Source: Obrimoposthia wandeli (lineage: Eukaryota). From it: a DNA stretch of 64,000 bases. Shown here piece by piece: positions 47,965 to 61,160 of this stretch. The translations under genes and the position numbers were made by a program. How positions within the stretch are numbered: position 1 is the first letter of the stretch; the number at the start of each line of letters is the position of its first letter. The notes beneath the pieces were generated by a model. That model was not told the origin of the DNA, ran no database searches, and worked only from the letters and a program-made list of their open reading frames with translations. The DNA lies in NCBI GenBank assembly GCA_977020255.1, contig CDROCS010004593.1:62001-126000 (forward strand), read 5' to 3'.

Positions 47965-49516
47965 AGTAGGTGGAAGGATAGAGTCTAGCCCACTTGATCT
48001 CCTCGAGTGTGCACACCAACCAGAAGTGAATGTGTGTACACACCAGCACGTATGTGTGTGCGCACACCATTGAGTGCTTACATCATAAACAGAACTGTCT
48101 CTGTAATCGACCAAGGTTGGCTTGCCACGCCATAAGGGTCTGACTGAGAAAGCTTATGAATGTTTGAAGGTATGGTTGTGACCATCAATAGTTGACCAAC
48201 ACATCTAAAGGGTTGTGGTCGTCCATAGATGAAAGGTTCGGGCTAAAGATAAAATCAAATTTCAAATATCAAGATTTGAGTACATGGTTGAGATCATCTT
48301 TAGAAGACGAATTCAACCATAAGGGTATGGTCGACCATAGATGAAAGGGTCCAAATAAAATGGAATTTCAAAGTTTTAATGATATGGTTGTGATTGTCAT
48401 AATATTGTGTTTAACCATGTATAAATTTTTTATGGTCGTCCACAACTTAAGAGTTATTTTTGGAACAAACTTCATCATTTTATTACATGGTTGTATTTGT
48501 CTATCAAAATTGAGTTCAACCATACCCTTATGTATAAGGGAAGGGTCCTAGTGAAAAATTAAAATCCTTGTTATTTCCAAAAGAATGATATTTATAATTT
48601 AAATTTGTGCCAAACAAATTTTAATTTAACAGGGTTTTAAAATAAAATATTAAATTGTCATTATTTAAAATAAAAATTCAGCGAAATTTTTATAAAAAAT
48701 CAAAATACTTTACTTCTTTTTTTCTCACAAATATTTAAATTTACGCAAAATTTTCATAATTTTTGTGATGTATTTAAAAAAATTAGTATAAAAATTAAAC
48801 GTCAAGCAAACTTTTATTTTTACAACAAAACTATTAAATATGACATTGAAGTGCAATTTTTTAATATAAAAATTAAGCAAAAATGTTTAATAAATTAAAA
48901 TATTTTACTATTGATGATAAATATTTAATGTACATAAAGTTTTCATTGTTTCAATTGATAAAATTAAACAATTTTTTTAATTTTTAAAACATAAATATTA
49001 AACAGATATACAATTAATTTAAATATACAATATACAATTAATTTAAATTTTAAAAAAACTGTAATAATTAACATTTTTAATAAATAATCAATATACTGTA
49101 AGTATTTTCATAAGATGTATTGACGTATATCTGAAAGACTAAGATAAAAACTTTAAAAAAATACTTAAAAATATGCATGCTCTTTTTATTTACAAATAAT
49201 GTATTAAAACAATGCAAAGACTTTTATAATTTAAATGCAACGCCATTTAAATTAATTTTAAATAATTTATTAAAATAAAAACAATATACAAGTATTAATT
49301 AATATTTTTAATTTGTAAATAAAAAGAATATATATAAAAAAATAATACTTCAATTACAACAAACAACTAATAAAATACAATTTTGGGAAAAAATTATAAA
49401 ATATTTCGTGTTTTATTAAAATTTTGCTGAATTTTTATTTTAAATAATAACACTTTAATATTTTATTTTAAAAACCTGTTACTCCTGTTGGCCAATACTC
49501 CATCCTTCCACCTACT
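47965..49516. mobile_element. 1,552-bp non-autonomous relative of the 12-kb foldback element
   Basis: 20-bp TIRs AGTAGGTGGAAGGAT(A/G)GAGT; flanks AGTATA (47959-64) and AGTACA (49517-22), 5/6 TSD; ~48130-48700 is homologous to the left arm of the 12-kb element with a single 99-bp unit; internal inverted repeat ~48620-48700 vs ~49400-49480. Confidence 0.85.
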
Positions 49517-49527
49517 AGTACATTCGA

Positions 49528-49975
49528 ATGTCGGAAGTTGCAATTTTCCGTAGTACATCACAGCCGTACTCAATCTCAGATGGTGGAGACGGTGCTGAGA
49601 TCGTGTCTATTGAGCTAGAGACGCGTACGTTCCTTACGTCTGCGGCTGCGTTCCTCTACAACGGCAAACTCACAGACGCGCGCTTCATCAATGAGTCAGG
49701 CAACCTAGTCAATCCGACACCGGATCTGACCGTCTTATTCCGCGTTGACTTTACAACCAATTTCCAAATGAACTCTGTGCTTCTGACCTACTTGTCAACT
49801 AGTGTCTTGAATTTGACCGTTCTCACCGGTCCCAGCTGCAGCAAACTTCTCCCTAAAGTATCCACACTGACGACCATATCCATAGACTGCCCACTCAATG
49901 TCGCCAATTACGTCGTCTTCGCTATAATGAATGCAAATAACGTTCGAATTGGTATCTCTGAAGTTTCAATCCCAG
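49528..49975 (+). CDS. Exon-like ORF encoding a beta-rich, discoidin/galactose-binding-like extracellular domain (probable host gene or pseudogene)
   Basis: Stop-free 149 codons, GC-richer than flanks, ends at CAG|GTAAT; terminal CPLNVANYVVF..IGISEVSI resembles the C..A.YV....SEV end of this fold. Fold call is pattern-based only. Confidence 0.55.
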
Positions 49976-51069
49976 GTAATTTCATACAAATTATTAAATA
50001 AGCTTTAAGTTTATAAATTTTAGGGAGCTGCAAATTGTCAAATATTTATCTTAATATATTAATGAATAATTCACATTGACAAGCCATATTCCACAGTCCA
50101 TATACAGTCATTATATTAAGGTTCAATGAGAAGCTTATAAGTTGTTTCAGACGATCTACGATTCACAATGTATTGCACTAGATAAAAACCACCCAACTCA
50201 CAGCTTTCCAAATACATACTAAAACTGATAAATGCAACATTAGGGTAGTGACTGATAAAACGAACCGGGGTAGTTTTAGGCAGAGGACTTCTTCCTGAAC
50301 AACATAAATCAGATACTAAATGTTCCAAAACCTCTTGAACAGTGATATGCAAGCTATGTATCGCACACATTATTGTGCTGTAAGATAATGTTCGAGAGCT
50401 GCAAAAAATATTTGTAAAAAAATTACAGTAATAGTTATTTGCAGCCAAGTCAATCAAAACACAGACAAAGAATACGTAGTTTTCAAGTTAAGAATGAAAA
50501 ATCTTTTCAATGTAAAAATCACGAAGGAAATTAATTTACTCACATGACTATGCATTTCAAAATTCTAAAAAAATAAGGCAATACTAATATTATTTGAAAC
50601 AAACTTACCCATTTATATCGACTTACTGCTACTTAGTATCCCAAACCATATGAGTTTTATCAAGTTGACATTATTTTCATCGAGATTTACTTTTCATTTT
50701 ATGATGAATAACTTAACATTTAGTTCAGTTGTAAAGTTATAGTTATGAATGACCATGATAACTAATTTTATGAGTAAATTATTTATATTTTTTTCATAGT
50801 TTTGAGAATCTTTTTATTTGTCATTTTTAATCTCATGTAGCGGGAGCCCACTACCATTTCAGAAAATAGGACAAGAAAATGTCTCAAAATTAATTTACAA
50901 AATTTGATAGTGGTGGGAAGTACTTCTTCTAATCAATACATTTGAAAAATTGAATTTATTAAATTTGAAATGTGAGAAGGAGCAAATATCAAAATTACAG
51001 AAAAGTTCCTCATGTGAAATGTTGCACCTTTTGAACTACGCAAACAAACAAGAAAATCGTTGAAAACAA

Positions 51070-51420
51070 GTGTACTCAAATCTAGGAGACATTGGAAAGT
51101 CTTACATCGTGATTCTCCAAATATTTCTTTCGCTTGAACCGTCAAAAGATCTGGGGGTAAGTCCATTTACATGCAGCATTAATACATATTTTGGTGTAGC
51201 AGAGGATGAAAACTTAATAGAATTAAGAAATGATTGGATTTACAAAGCTTTGTTTCCTGAAAAAGAGATGTCAAAATTTTTGGTTTCGATACAAAAGCAA
51301 TATCCTGATTTGAGGAAGGGAGCCATCACATCCTTGATCTCGCTTGGATCCTCTTACCTTTGCAAATTTGGATTTTCGGTTCTCACAGAAATTAAATCTA
51401 AAAAGTGAGAACATTTGTTT
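51070..51420 (+). mobile_element. hAT (Charlie/Buster) transposase C-terminal dimerisation fragment
   Basis: ENLIELRND..LF..KQYPDL..A...GSSYLCKFGFSVLTEIKSKK*EHL matches E.LIEL..D..YP.L..STYLCE.GFS.L..IKTK.RNRL. Confidence 0.85.
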
Positions 51421-51749
51421 ATTCGAACCATAATTCAATTTTATTTTTAACCAAAAATAAACCCTCTCATATCATAAAAGTAAAAAATAGTAAATTTCTA
51501 CTATCTATTAATATTAACAAATAAAATTTCTCAATATTTATACCAAATTATTTTTCTTACAGTTTGTCATTTGCTCTAGAATGTTTCTTAATCTAATACA
51601 AAAATATCTGAAAGTATTAATATTACATTTACAGTATTATTTTGAAAAGGTCGAAAAAGAAGTGTTGATTAAAGAGTCAAAACCAAAGTGTATTTGTTTA
51701 AAGAACTAAATTTCAAATGTCATTGTTTACAATTTTATTTTAATAACAT

Positions 51750-52300
51750 TTCCCTTGAGTGGCCATTATAAATGAGAAGGACATGTATACCATCTCAAAT
51801 TCTAATTGTGTTCTAAAACCTTTGACTTGACGTATTTTCAGAAAGAAAATCCAAAGAATTGATAAAACTTTGCTTTTTTAATCTGTAGTGGGGCATCGTC
51901 TTGTTGGAACAGTGTCTTCCTTAGAGCCCATTTCCACCTCAAAACGTAACTATATGTTTCTGTAACTTCTGAAGGTAAAAGTTTCCATTCAGTTTTTTAA
52001 AAGGTAGAACAATGAAATATTTCGTGAAACCAAATCACTCTTACATCTTCTAAAGGCTTCATCTGACCATACAACACAATCAAAGACCAGTTTTGAAGTG
52101 CCTGTTCTGAAAATTTAACACTTTTTCTGATTATATCCATTCTGAATGTATGTTCCTTGTTAGGCTTGCAAGATTTAAACTATACATTCTGGAGCCAATA
52201 ATGATCAGTTGTTTTGTTGTCATGATATTCCTGTATGTTTAAGAAAGATATGTGAGACCTGAGGCATTTCTATTGGAGCTACTTGTACTTATAATTGAAT
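51750..52300 (-). mobile_element. Degenerate Tc1-like transposase
   Basis: Minus strand VVWSDEAF (~52080-52055) and TLFQQDDAP (~51915-51890) correspond to the first two acidic motifs (WSDE, FQQDNAP). Confidence 0.75.
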
Positions 52301-52530
52301 TTGTCATCATCCTCTAGTGAATGTGCCATGTCAAAGCTTCCAGTTTGGCGATACGGTTTGAATTGACTATTTTCTAACTTTTCGCACCTGATATTCAGTA
52401 AAACGTGCATAGCTCACCATAAGCCCAAATAGTTAAAAGCGAAGATTTATTGTTGGCCTATAAAAATAAAATGATTATTTGCTCAAATTAAAATGATCTG
52501 TATGACTGATATGCTAAAAATTGTTTTGAC

Positions 52531-52743
52531 AGTAGTATAAAAAGTCGTTTCTAACTCATTGCCTGAGCAGACTCCATTGAGTCATTAGTTATGAGCTGTG
52601 TCGAACCCTTATCAGCTAGAACTAAAGGTCAAGTCACTTTGACTGTTGCTGATAAGGGTTCAACTTATAGCTCATGGACTCATGGCTCAGAGGGATCAAG
52701 GGTGGGGTCTGCTCAGTCAATGAATTGGAAACGACATTTTACT
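52531..52743. repeat. ~213-bp imperfect palindrome, MITE-like
   Basis: Outer arms aaaagtcgtttctaactcattgcctgagcagactcc vs ggggtctgctcagtcaatgaattggaaacgacatttt; inner arms gaacccttatcagc vs gctgataagggttc; centre ~52635. No clean TSD. Confidence 0.7.
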
Positions 52744-55129
52744 ATTTGATGATAATTGCTCATGATATACTCTGGATAAACCTACTATTTGATTATGATA
52801 TTATTAACTTGAGACAATGAGCCTTAACTTTTAAAGGTGTTATTAACTTGAGATATTGAACCTGAAATTGTTTTGTTTAATACTCGTGATTTAATTGAAC
52901 AAAATAGAATCTACTTTTTTTTAGCTTGAACATTTTTTACCCCAATTTTTGTTTCCTATTAAAGTTATTTTCAAAAAAACAGTTTGCTAAATCGTTGAGT
53001 AAAAAAAATTACAAATTGTTTTTATTTAATCATGTAACTTACTTAGTTATAAAATGTACTTTTGTTTTACTGAACTGATTCGTGTGCGATAACTCAAAGT
53101 TTTAATTCAAAAATATTTTCGCGGGCAATTTAATTCAAAGGATTAAAAACGTCTTATATATTTCGATGTCAGCCATAACCTCGCTCAAGTTAAATTGTTC
53201 TACATTACTGAAGTTTATAGGTTAACAAAGTCTAAGTTATTCAATTCAATTTTTAAAATAAGTTATATTAATAGCCATATATTGGTCGTTCTTCGTAAAT
53301 TTCATTTGCTCAATCATCCTTTCGTGTCTCGTTGCTTGTCGGTTAATGTCCTATTCCGGCCACTGTTGTCTATTCGTCTTCGTCCGAGTTTCCATTGATG
53401 AGTTCTTCCAATTATGGACCTCAACAATTAGATTCAAATGTCTAAATACTATAAGAAATTCATTTAAACGAAGTCAATACACTCAAATAGTTGCAACAAG
53501 ATTTAAATAGTCAAGACAACACAGGCTACTACCTTACACTTATTATTTTTAACTGATACCCAACCTTCTTCAATAGTTCAAATCAAGTATTTGAAGTTTT
53601 TAATTATATACATAAACTATCACAAAAAATATTTCTTTTAATTTCATCATATAGCAAACATGGTCCGCTGAATTTACCTATTTTTTCAACCATCAAACAT
53701 GATACTTACACATTCATTTTGTAAAATTTTTTAACATGCTTCTTATTTCCGTAGCATTGTATATGTCCTATCACATATTTTACCTATTGGGACACATGCT
53801 GGATTGTAAGCACATTGGAATATTTCGTATTCTATCATATTAAATGACAAAGGGTGACTGCATCGGCATGCAGCTATAACTCGTCTATCGAGATATGGTA
53901 AGTTTGTAAATTTATTATCTGCTTTTTTACATGTGCTTTAAAATACTGCCTTTACGACATATATACGATCCTTTATATTATTAGTTGCATGCAATTTAAG
54001 ATAATTCCTGACTTATGACTGCTTTGCATGCGTAAATATTTTAATCGCTTATTGCAAAATTTACGTTTCATTAAATCTACATCGCATTTCTCAATATATT
54101 TTTAAATATTAATATTCGAGTTTTCACTGTCCAAAGTTTATGTTAAATCGGTCAAACAAAAAAATTTAATAATAAATTTACATTAGTCATATATTGTTTT
54201 TTATAATTATTATATATTTTTCAATCAATTAGTTTTATTAAAAATATATTGTTAAGCAAACGTTTTCCTCTATTTGACTTACATTTTTTAATAAATATTA
54301 AAACAAATAATATTAAAACAAATACTTTGAAAATAAAATTTATTATATATCAGAATGCTTTTTAATACATATTTTTAACTTCCTTTAAGAATTTTATTTA
54401 AAATTTGGATATCTAAATAATTGTATATTAAGTTTTTTCTTAAACTATTTTCAACCTCTTTTTAAATATCACCATTTTTTTATGCATAATTATTTATTGT
54501 TGTTCCTTTATTATATGTTTTTATTGTGAAATATCAATTTAAATCATATTGAGTATATCAAATAAAATTATCAAGAAAATTACAAATCAGAATTATTCTA
54601 AACTTTTTTGTATATTTTAAATCTCACAAAAAGTTTAATTTAATGTCAGATTTCTTTATTCACTTAATATACAAATTTTTCGATATTTGAGGTATTTATT
54701 TTGAAAATTACTTTATTTATTTTTCCAATTCTTGTGTTGAGGTCCAGAAACTGGCAGTTGTTGAGATAAAACAAACAATAAATTGAAATATTGAATAAAA
54801 AGCGTCTAAATTTTTAATCCTGGTCAAGGACATATTACAAGACATTAGATAAAACCCGAAAACGTGATGAAAAATGGTTAATTAACTCTAAAGTTTAGTT
54901 TATTAACCTCAGGTGACCTGTGTTGACTATTTTATTTATAGTTATCAGTTATGTTTTCTATTGTAGACATAATTCAAAAGTTAGATTACACAACACAATT
55001 TATATTATACAGGAATCCATACGAATTCATGAAAAATATTTGCCAGAAAGATATTTCTGATTAAATAACTTTCCTCGTCACTATTAAAATTTGCACTTCT
55101 TCAGCCATTCGTTTCTTCTGGGAAGGATT

Positions 55130-55620
55130 CATCTTGAAAACTAAATTGATACCTGTTGTGGACTCAAAAATTATATTATTCTATATGGGCCTTCATACTG
55201 GTCACTATTCTTGCTTCTTTTAATTGAGTCATATTTAATAACCACATTTTTATTTACTTTAAATATATTTTCCTCTCTTCTTTCATTATATAACTTCTTT
55301 AACTTTTCAGCTGCGATTTATTGGTTCTTATTTACGTCTTGAATGATATTTTCTTTATTGTTTGTTGTTGCACTTGATGCTTGAATTGTTATTTTTCTTC
55401 CATTATTTTCCTCAAACGGTGAATGTTTTAAAGAACTATTTACTGTTGCATTAATAGAAAATTCAATTTGTGGCAATAAATCGTGCCAACATTTTCCTAT
55501 TTTAGTAGACGCTATTGTCATAACAATCATATATCTTACCGTCCGTATTACTCTTTCTGCCAGACCGTCAGCTTGATGTTAATAAGATGCTGTAAGCTCC
55601 TGTCCAATACCGAAATTTGA
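55130..55620 (-). mobile_element. Gypsy-type integrase C-terminal remnant
   Basis: ASY*HQADGLAERVIRTVR, WHDLLPQIEFSINAT..KHSPFE and GPYRII. Confidence 0.8.
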
Positions 55621-57049
55621 GAAGGGATTGAGAAAAATTATAAAAGGTAGATGAGAATAGTGAAAGCAATTTCAATACAAGAAACTATAGCAAGCGAAGA
55701 TCACACCAGAACATTTCAGAATAATGAAATTGCTACAAGCGAAGCTTTCATCAGAAGATTCAGCTTACAACAAAATCTAAGACTCAAACGATAAAGAACG
55801 ATTCGTCAGAACAGGAACTAATTTTGTTTTTTGAATTTCAAATAGAAATATTGGTTCAAATTTTGTTCCTCTGAACTCCAACTCAAATACTAGTTTACTA
55901 GATTAAGCAGATCTTTAAAAAAATGAAAGGAAATGAGACCGGTTCTGAGCTTTCGCTGTCGTACGGGTAGTCAGCAATCTTTTCGTCGTCGTTTTGAGGG
56001 CGGGTACAAGTATTCGCAAAAGTGATTATGCACGTATTGATTTTTGCTGGCAAGGCCAGTTTTGAAGAACCGAGACTATTTATTGAAAACGTACTATTCT
56101 ATTTCTTTATAATTTTGTGTTAATTATTTTTGCGAAAATATATACAACAAAAAAAAAAAAATTATTTGACACAATTTCAAAATTTTATCCTATTAACACA
56201 ATATCAAAATTGATCCTATTAACACAATTTAGTTATGCAGAAAACTACGAAAAGAATTTACTGGTTCAATTTTTATCAAATAACAATTTTATTTTAATAC
56301 TATTTGATCATTTTGATTACAATATAACAAAAAGCATTTACTTTTCATTTATAACACAAACCCAAAATAGGCCACATCAAATAGTTTCAAAACATAGAAT
56401 CCCCAACATACTTAATAATTGTTGAAATTGTGTTATTTTGGTAACATAAATATGTATATAACACATGTATATTTTATTTAAATACAAGATAAATACATAC
56501 ACATCACGACATATAACCGTCAGAATTTGGGATCTAACAAAATAGGCCTTCCACACAAGTCCTAAACCATTAAAAACTATTGAAATAGAGTCTTCCTTTC
56601 AAATAATCTTTAAATCTAGTATTTTTTTAATGTTAATTGTATTTTTAAATGAGGAATAGTCAGAATAGTCACTGCACATTTTGATACCACCACAATGAGG
56701 GACTGGTTGCACCATCAGTGCATTTTTCGTGACTCCACAAAACACTTGAACTGGTCAAGAATCGCATAACCACAGCAAAATGGAGAGACAGCTGTACTGG
56801 CCGCTGTCAGGAGAGGCAAAAATCACCAAACCGGTCCACAATTTCTGAGCGGTACTTTGTGGAATTAATGTTTGACAAGTCCTTCCTACTTCAATTACAG
56901 ATCAAACTGGCTGTACAAAATACATAAATCAATTATGTTGTTGTATAATTAATATAAGTTTTCAATGTCAGAATTTAAATGTGTTTTAATAAATACTAAT
57001 TTTTATGAATCCAATTTCATTTACACATTATTCATTGATTGCATTGATA

Positions 57050-57480
57050 GTTTATGTATATAATTACAAACTTCAAATACTTGATATATGTATGTGGATA
57101 ATGTATTATGGTGAAAATATAATCCTAACTCATATTGCAACGGAATTGATATATTTCATCTAAAATTATTTTTAAAACACACCGTTTAGCTAATTGCAAA
57201 GGATCCCTTTTTACAATATTTTTTAATACCACAATAATACCAAACATGTTTCATTTTGAACACATAAAACTTTATCCATTCTCCTTTCTCAACGAGCCGG
57301 GCTTCACCGATTTTCATATTTTCAAGCTTTAATCGTTATTTCTTGGAATGGAAGATATTTAATAATATAGAAAGTTAAAATCGGAAGCTTCTTTGTGTCT
57401 ACAATCAGTATTTTGCAAAACGTTGAAAATTGTAAGAATCAGAAGCGTCTTATTTTGAGTAATGGTTGCTTCAATGTACG
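57050..57480 (+). mobile_element. Second degenerate mariner fragment (C-terminal), related to 8090-9060
   Basis: accgattttcatattttcaagcttt vs accgattttaatatttttaaacattt; FLEWKIFNNIES vs FLNWKKLENIES. Confidence 0.55.
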
Positions 57481-58118
57481 CATTTATTTTGTATTTTTAG
57501 TTATTAAAAACCGATATTAATTTAACAACAATCTAATTTTAAAATTGTCTCAATTTTGATAGCTAGATTGCTTAACATAACCACAAAGAAACATAATATA
57601 ACTCGAAACATAAAAAAACTTGTTAGACATCAATTTTTGAGATAATATGCCATTAAGCAGAATTTTTAAAATATATTTTAGAATTAAAATGTATATTTAG
57701 AAGTTTAAAAATGATAGAGATAGAATATGCTTAAAAATTCATATTGAAACGCTTTCTAATTTTTTATGATAAAATTAATCATAAAAATGAAGGCATAGTG
57801 CTAGGTACAGTAGAAATATTCTGAATTACAATAGAACCGTAAATAAACAAAACATATCTATCATTTCAATACTATTATTTTTTGCATTTCCTGATTTAAA
57901 AAGTGACTAAAAATTAAAAATTATAAAAACTACAATGAATAATTTTTTAAGATTCTAGCAAGCATGCATATTTTGGTTTTTTGAAGATCTTTTTAATTGA
58001 CTTATTTAATTGTTTTTCGTTACAAAAATAGAATTTAGAAAAATTGTTGGACGCAATTGCTTGTATTGTATTTTGACATTGAAAAACTTCTGGCATATAA
58101 ATAGATCTTAACAAGTTC

Positions 58119-58700
58119 TTAAGACCAAATATTTTTTATTATTAAATCAAATGAATGTGTAGCATCCCACAATGTTAGAATAAAATCGCTATTTTCAATA
58201 TTTAGTTTACTAGTTAAAATTTTATAAAAATAATTTTTATACATACCATCTGCTACTACATTCGTGATAGAAATGTCATGGGTACCAAATTGTTTAACAA
58301 ATGAATTCCGTATTATTAATGCTAAATCTTTATAATTTCCAGTCAAATTTTCGGACAACTTATTTACTTCAGGAAATGCAATTGGAAAGCTCAAACGCTT
58401 ACCATCAATAGTGAGTACTAAAACAATTGCTTGATTTGTAACTCTTCCAAAAGTTCCTTTATCAATGGTTAACGATACTGAAGGTTTTACGCCAGTTAAA
58501 GAATTAGGTGAATTAATTATATTTTTCAGATTTTTAAAAAGATATATTTCACATATAGTTAGAAGTTTGTAAAAACTTTTGTCTAGAAAAAAACTTATTG
58601 CCTATCATCATGCCAGAATTTTTACAAAATATTGAAAGCGATGAAAAGTGTTTTGTAGCACTTTTCATTTTTAATGATGATATACATAATGAAATTTCAT
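58119..58700 (-). pseudogene. Degenerate hAT-like transposase fragment
   Basis: GVKPSVSLTIDKGTFGRVTNQAIVLVL followed by VVADGMY and LWDATHSFDL, the expected D...D...xxxH order. Confidence 0.5.
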
Positions 58701-60513
58701 TTGTAAGCATCTCTATTTTAAGTTTATCATACGCATAACGTCTGTGTCGGTTTAAACTAATTTTTAATTTAAAACGTCTGATGTGATTAAATGGTATGCC
58801 AGAAAAAAAATTTACTGTTGGTAATATTATACTTAAGGCACTTTTTACATACTATTTTTTCCTTTTTAATTTTATAATAATAATTGTTCAAAAATGGTTT
58901 TATTTTAAAATTCCTGCTTAATGAAATACAACTGTCAAATTGATTTGCTTTTGTTCTTCATGAAAAAAACTCAAATAATAATTTACAAATGAAATAAATA
59001 TGAATGATACACATAAAATTTAGTTCAAGAAAAAAAGACCTTGATTTATTCAAGAATAACTAATGCCACTTATACTGCTTTTTTAATATTTAAAAATGAT
59101 TCAAAATTTATTCTAAATATGATTGTAAAATACTAATTTTAAAAGTATATGAGTAAAGTTGTATTAATTTTATTTAAAATAATAAATGAAATACATGCAA
59201 AGCAACCTAATTTGAGTCTGGTAGTGGGGAAGCTGGAACCTGCTTGCTGAGGAAGGGGAGCCACTTGAAGACTGGTGGTGGGGCAGCTGGACTTGGCAGG
59301 TTTACTGTCTAGAAATGAAAGATTAATGAAAATAAAAAGTAGATAAATAAAAACTTTCGTCTAAAGAATGTATAAATTGTGTTCCTGTTATGCAAACTGT
59401 TGACATAACCTAAAATCTTTGCAGTTTGCCCCCAAACAGTATAAGGGTCTCGGAATCCTTCCAATACATCTTCTTCGGAAAAAATTGAAAAATCGAACTT
59501 TTCTATTCTTGAACAGATAAGTTTGTTAGGCATTTCTAACTGTATATTTTTTTTAAAACTTTGAAAATTTTAAATATATGAATTTTATCAAAATATTAAG
59601 CAAATTTAGAAAAAATCTCTTATTTTAGGTAAAATTAAGGGTTATGACCTCTTTGGAAAGGAATATCTCCTTAAGGTTTCTGTTATATCAAATGCAAATG
59701 GTTTTATTAGAACGGGCTAGTATGAGACAAGTGTTTCTGAGTATTATATGTTTAAATGTGTTCATTTGTAAAGAGATTTTAAGATCTATATATTAATTTT
59801 GTATTTAATCATGTGATTATATTTTTAATGAAAATTTGGACACTGAAAACTCGAGTCCTGTTCGAAATTTAACTTTATTTAATTTGTATTATTAAAACAA
59901 CATTTTGTTTCTTTAGAAAATTATAAATTTTAATTGTGAATTAGCAATGGTTTTACATAATTTTTTGAACTTGCTGGTGCGGCAAATTGGAAACTATATT
60001 ATATTTGGAAATAATTTTTTTACATGAATACAAAGTTTTTGTCTGTTTAATCAACATGTATATTTTTACAAGTTCAATGGAACCCGCTGTATATACAACA
60101 AAACTAAGTCGGTTAGTAGTGAAGTAAAGTATTTAATAAACTTTAATTTTACTTCGGTTTCTAAATTAATATTATTTAGATTTTTTAAATTCTATTAATT
60201 ATTATTGGTATTACGTTTCATTTTGATAAATGTGAAACTGTATTTCAAATCATCAATGTAAATAGATACCAAATAACTATTTTTGATATCAGTACTATGA
60301 CAAACTATTTACATTTTTAAATAAGCTACGATTGTTTACTTTTATTATAAACTGGTAATTAAAATGTGGAATATATTAGTTTAACACAAACCTTTTCTAT
60401 GCAGTCAATAAAATGTAACCTAGAGACTGTCAGCAGCTTAATTCAGTAAAAAGTCCATCTCCTTAAGTTATTAGAAAACAGATTTATTGATATTGTTTTA
60501 TAAATTTTGACAG

Positions 60514-61160
60514 ATGTCGTAACAAGCACCAATACGCCACCAGTGACCCCCACACTAGCAGTAACAAGTACCAATACGCCACCAGTGACCTCCACACGAG
60601 CTATAACAAATACCAATACGCCACCAGTGACCTCCACACGAGATATAACAAGTACCAATACGCCACCAGTGACCTCCACACGAGCTATAACAAATACCAA
60701 TACGCCACCAGTGACCTCCACACGAGCTATAACAAATACCAATACGCCACCAGTGACCCCCACACGAGCTATAACCAGCATAAATACACCACCAGTGACC
60801 TCCACACGAGCTATAACAAGTACCAATACGCCACCAGTGACCTCCACACGAGATATAACAAGTACCAATACGCCACCAGTGACCTCCACACGAGCTATAA
60901 CAAATACCAATACGCCACCAGTGACCCCCACACGAGCTATAACCAGCATAAATACACCACCAGTGACCTCCACACGAGCTATAACAAGTACCAATACACC
61001 ACCAGTGACCCCCACACGAGCTATAACCAGCATAAATACACCACCAGTGACCTACACACGAGCTATAACAAGTACCAATACGCCACCAGTGACCTCCACA
61101 AATTTTAGAACGGTCACTAAAGAAGCACTCGCAACAGTCAATAAAAGTAAAAAATTGAAG
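60514..61160 (+). CDS. Mucin-like Thr/Pro-rich exon with ~14 x 42-bp repeats (TSTNTPPVTSTRAI)
   Basis: Acceptor ttttgacAG at 60513; 13 full and one partial 14-aa unit in a stop-free frame. Exon end uncertain. Confidence 0.7.

Noticed and set aside
53167-54995. Two possible solo LTRs sharing the terminal 12-mer TGTTGAGGTCCA (53167-53426 minus; from ~54736 plus)
   Set aside because: TG...CA ends are plausible but no TSD and no internal similarity could be verified by eye.
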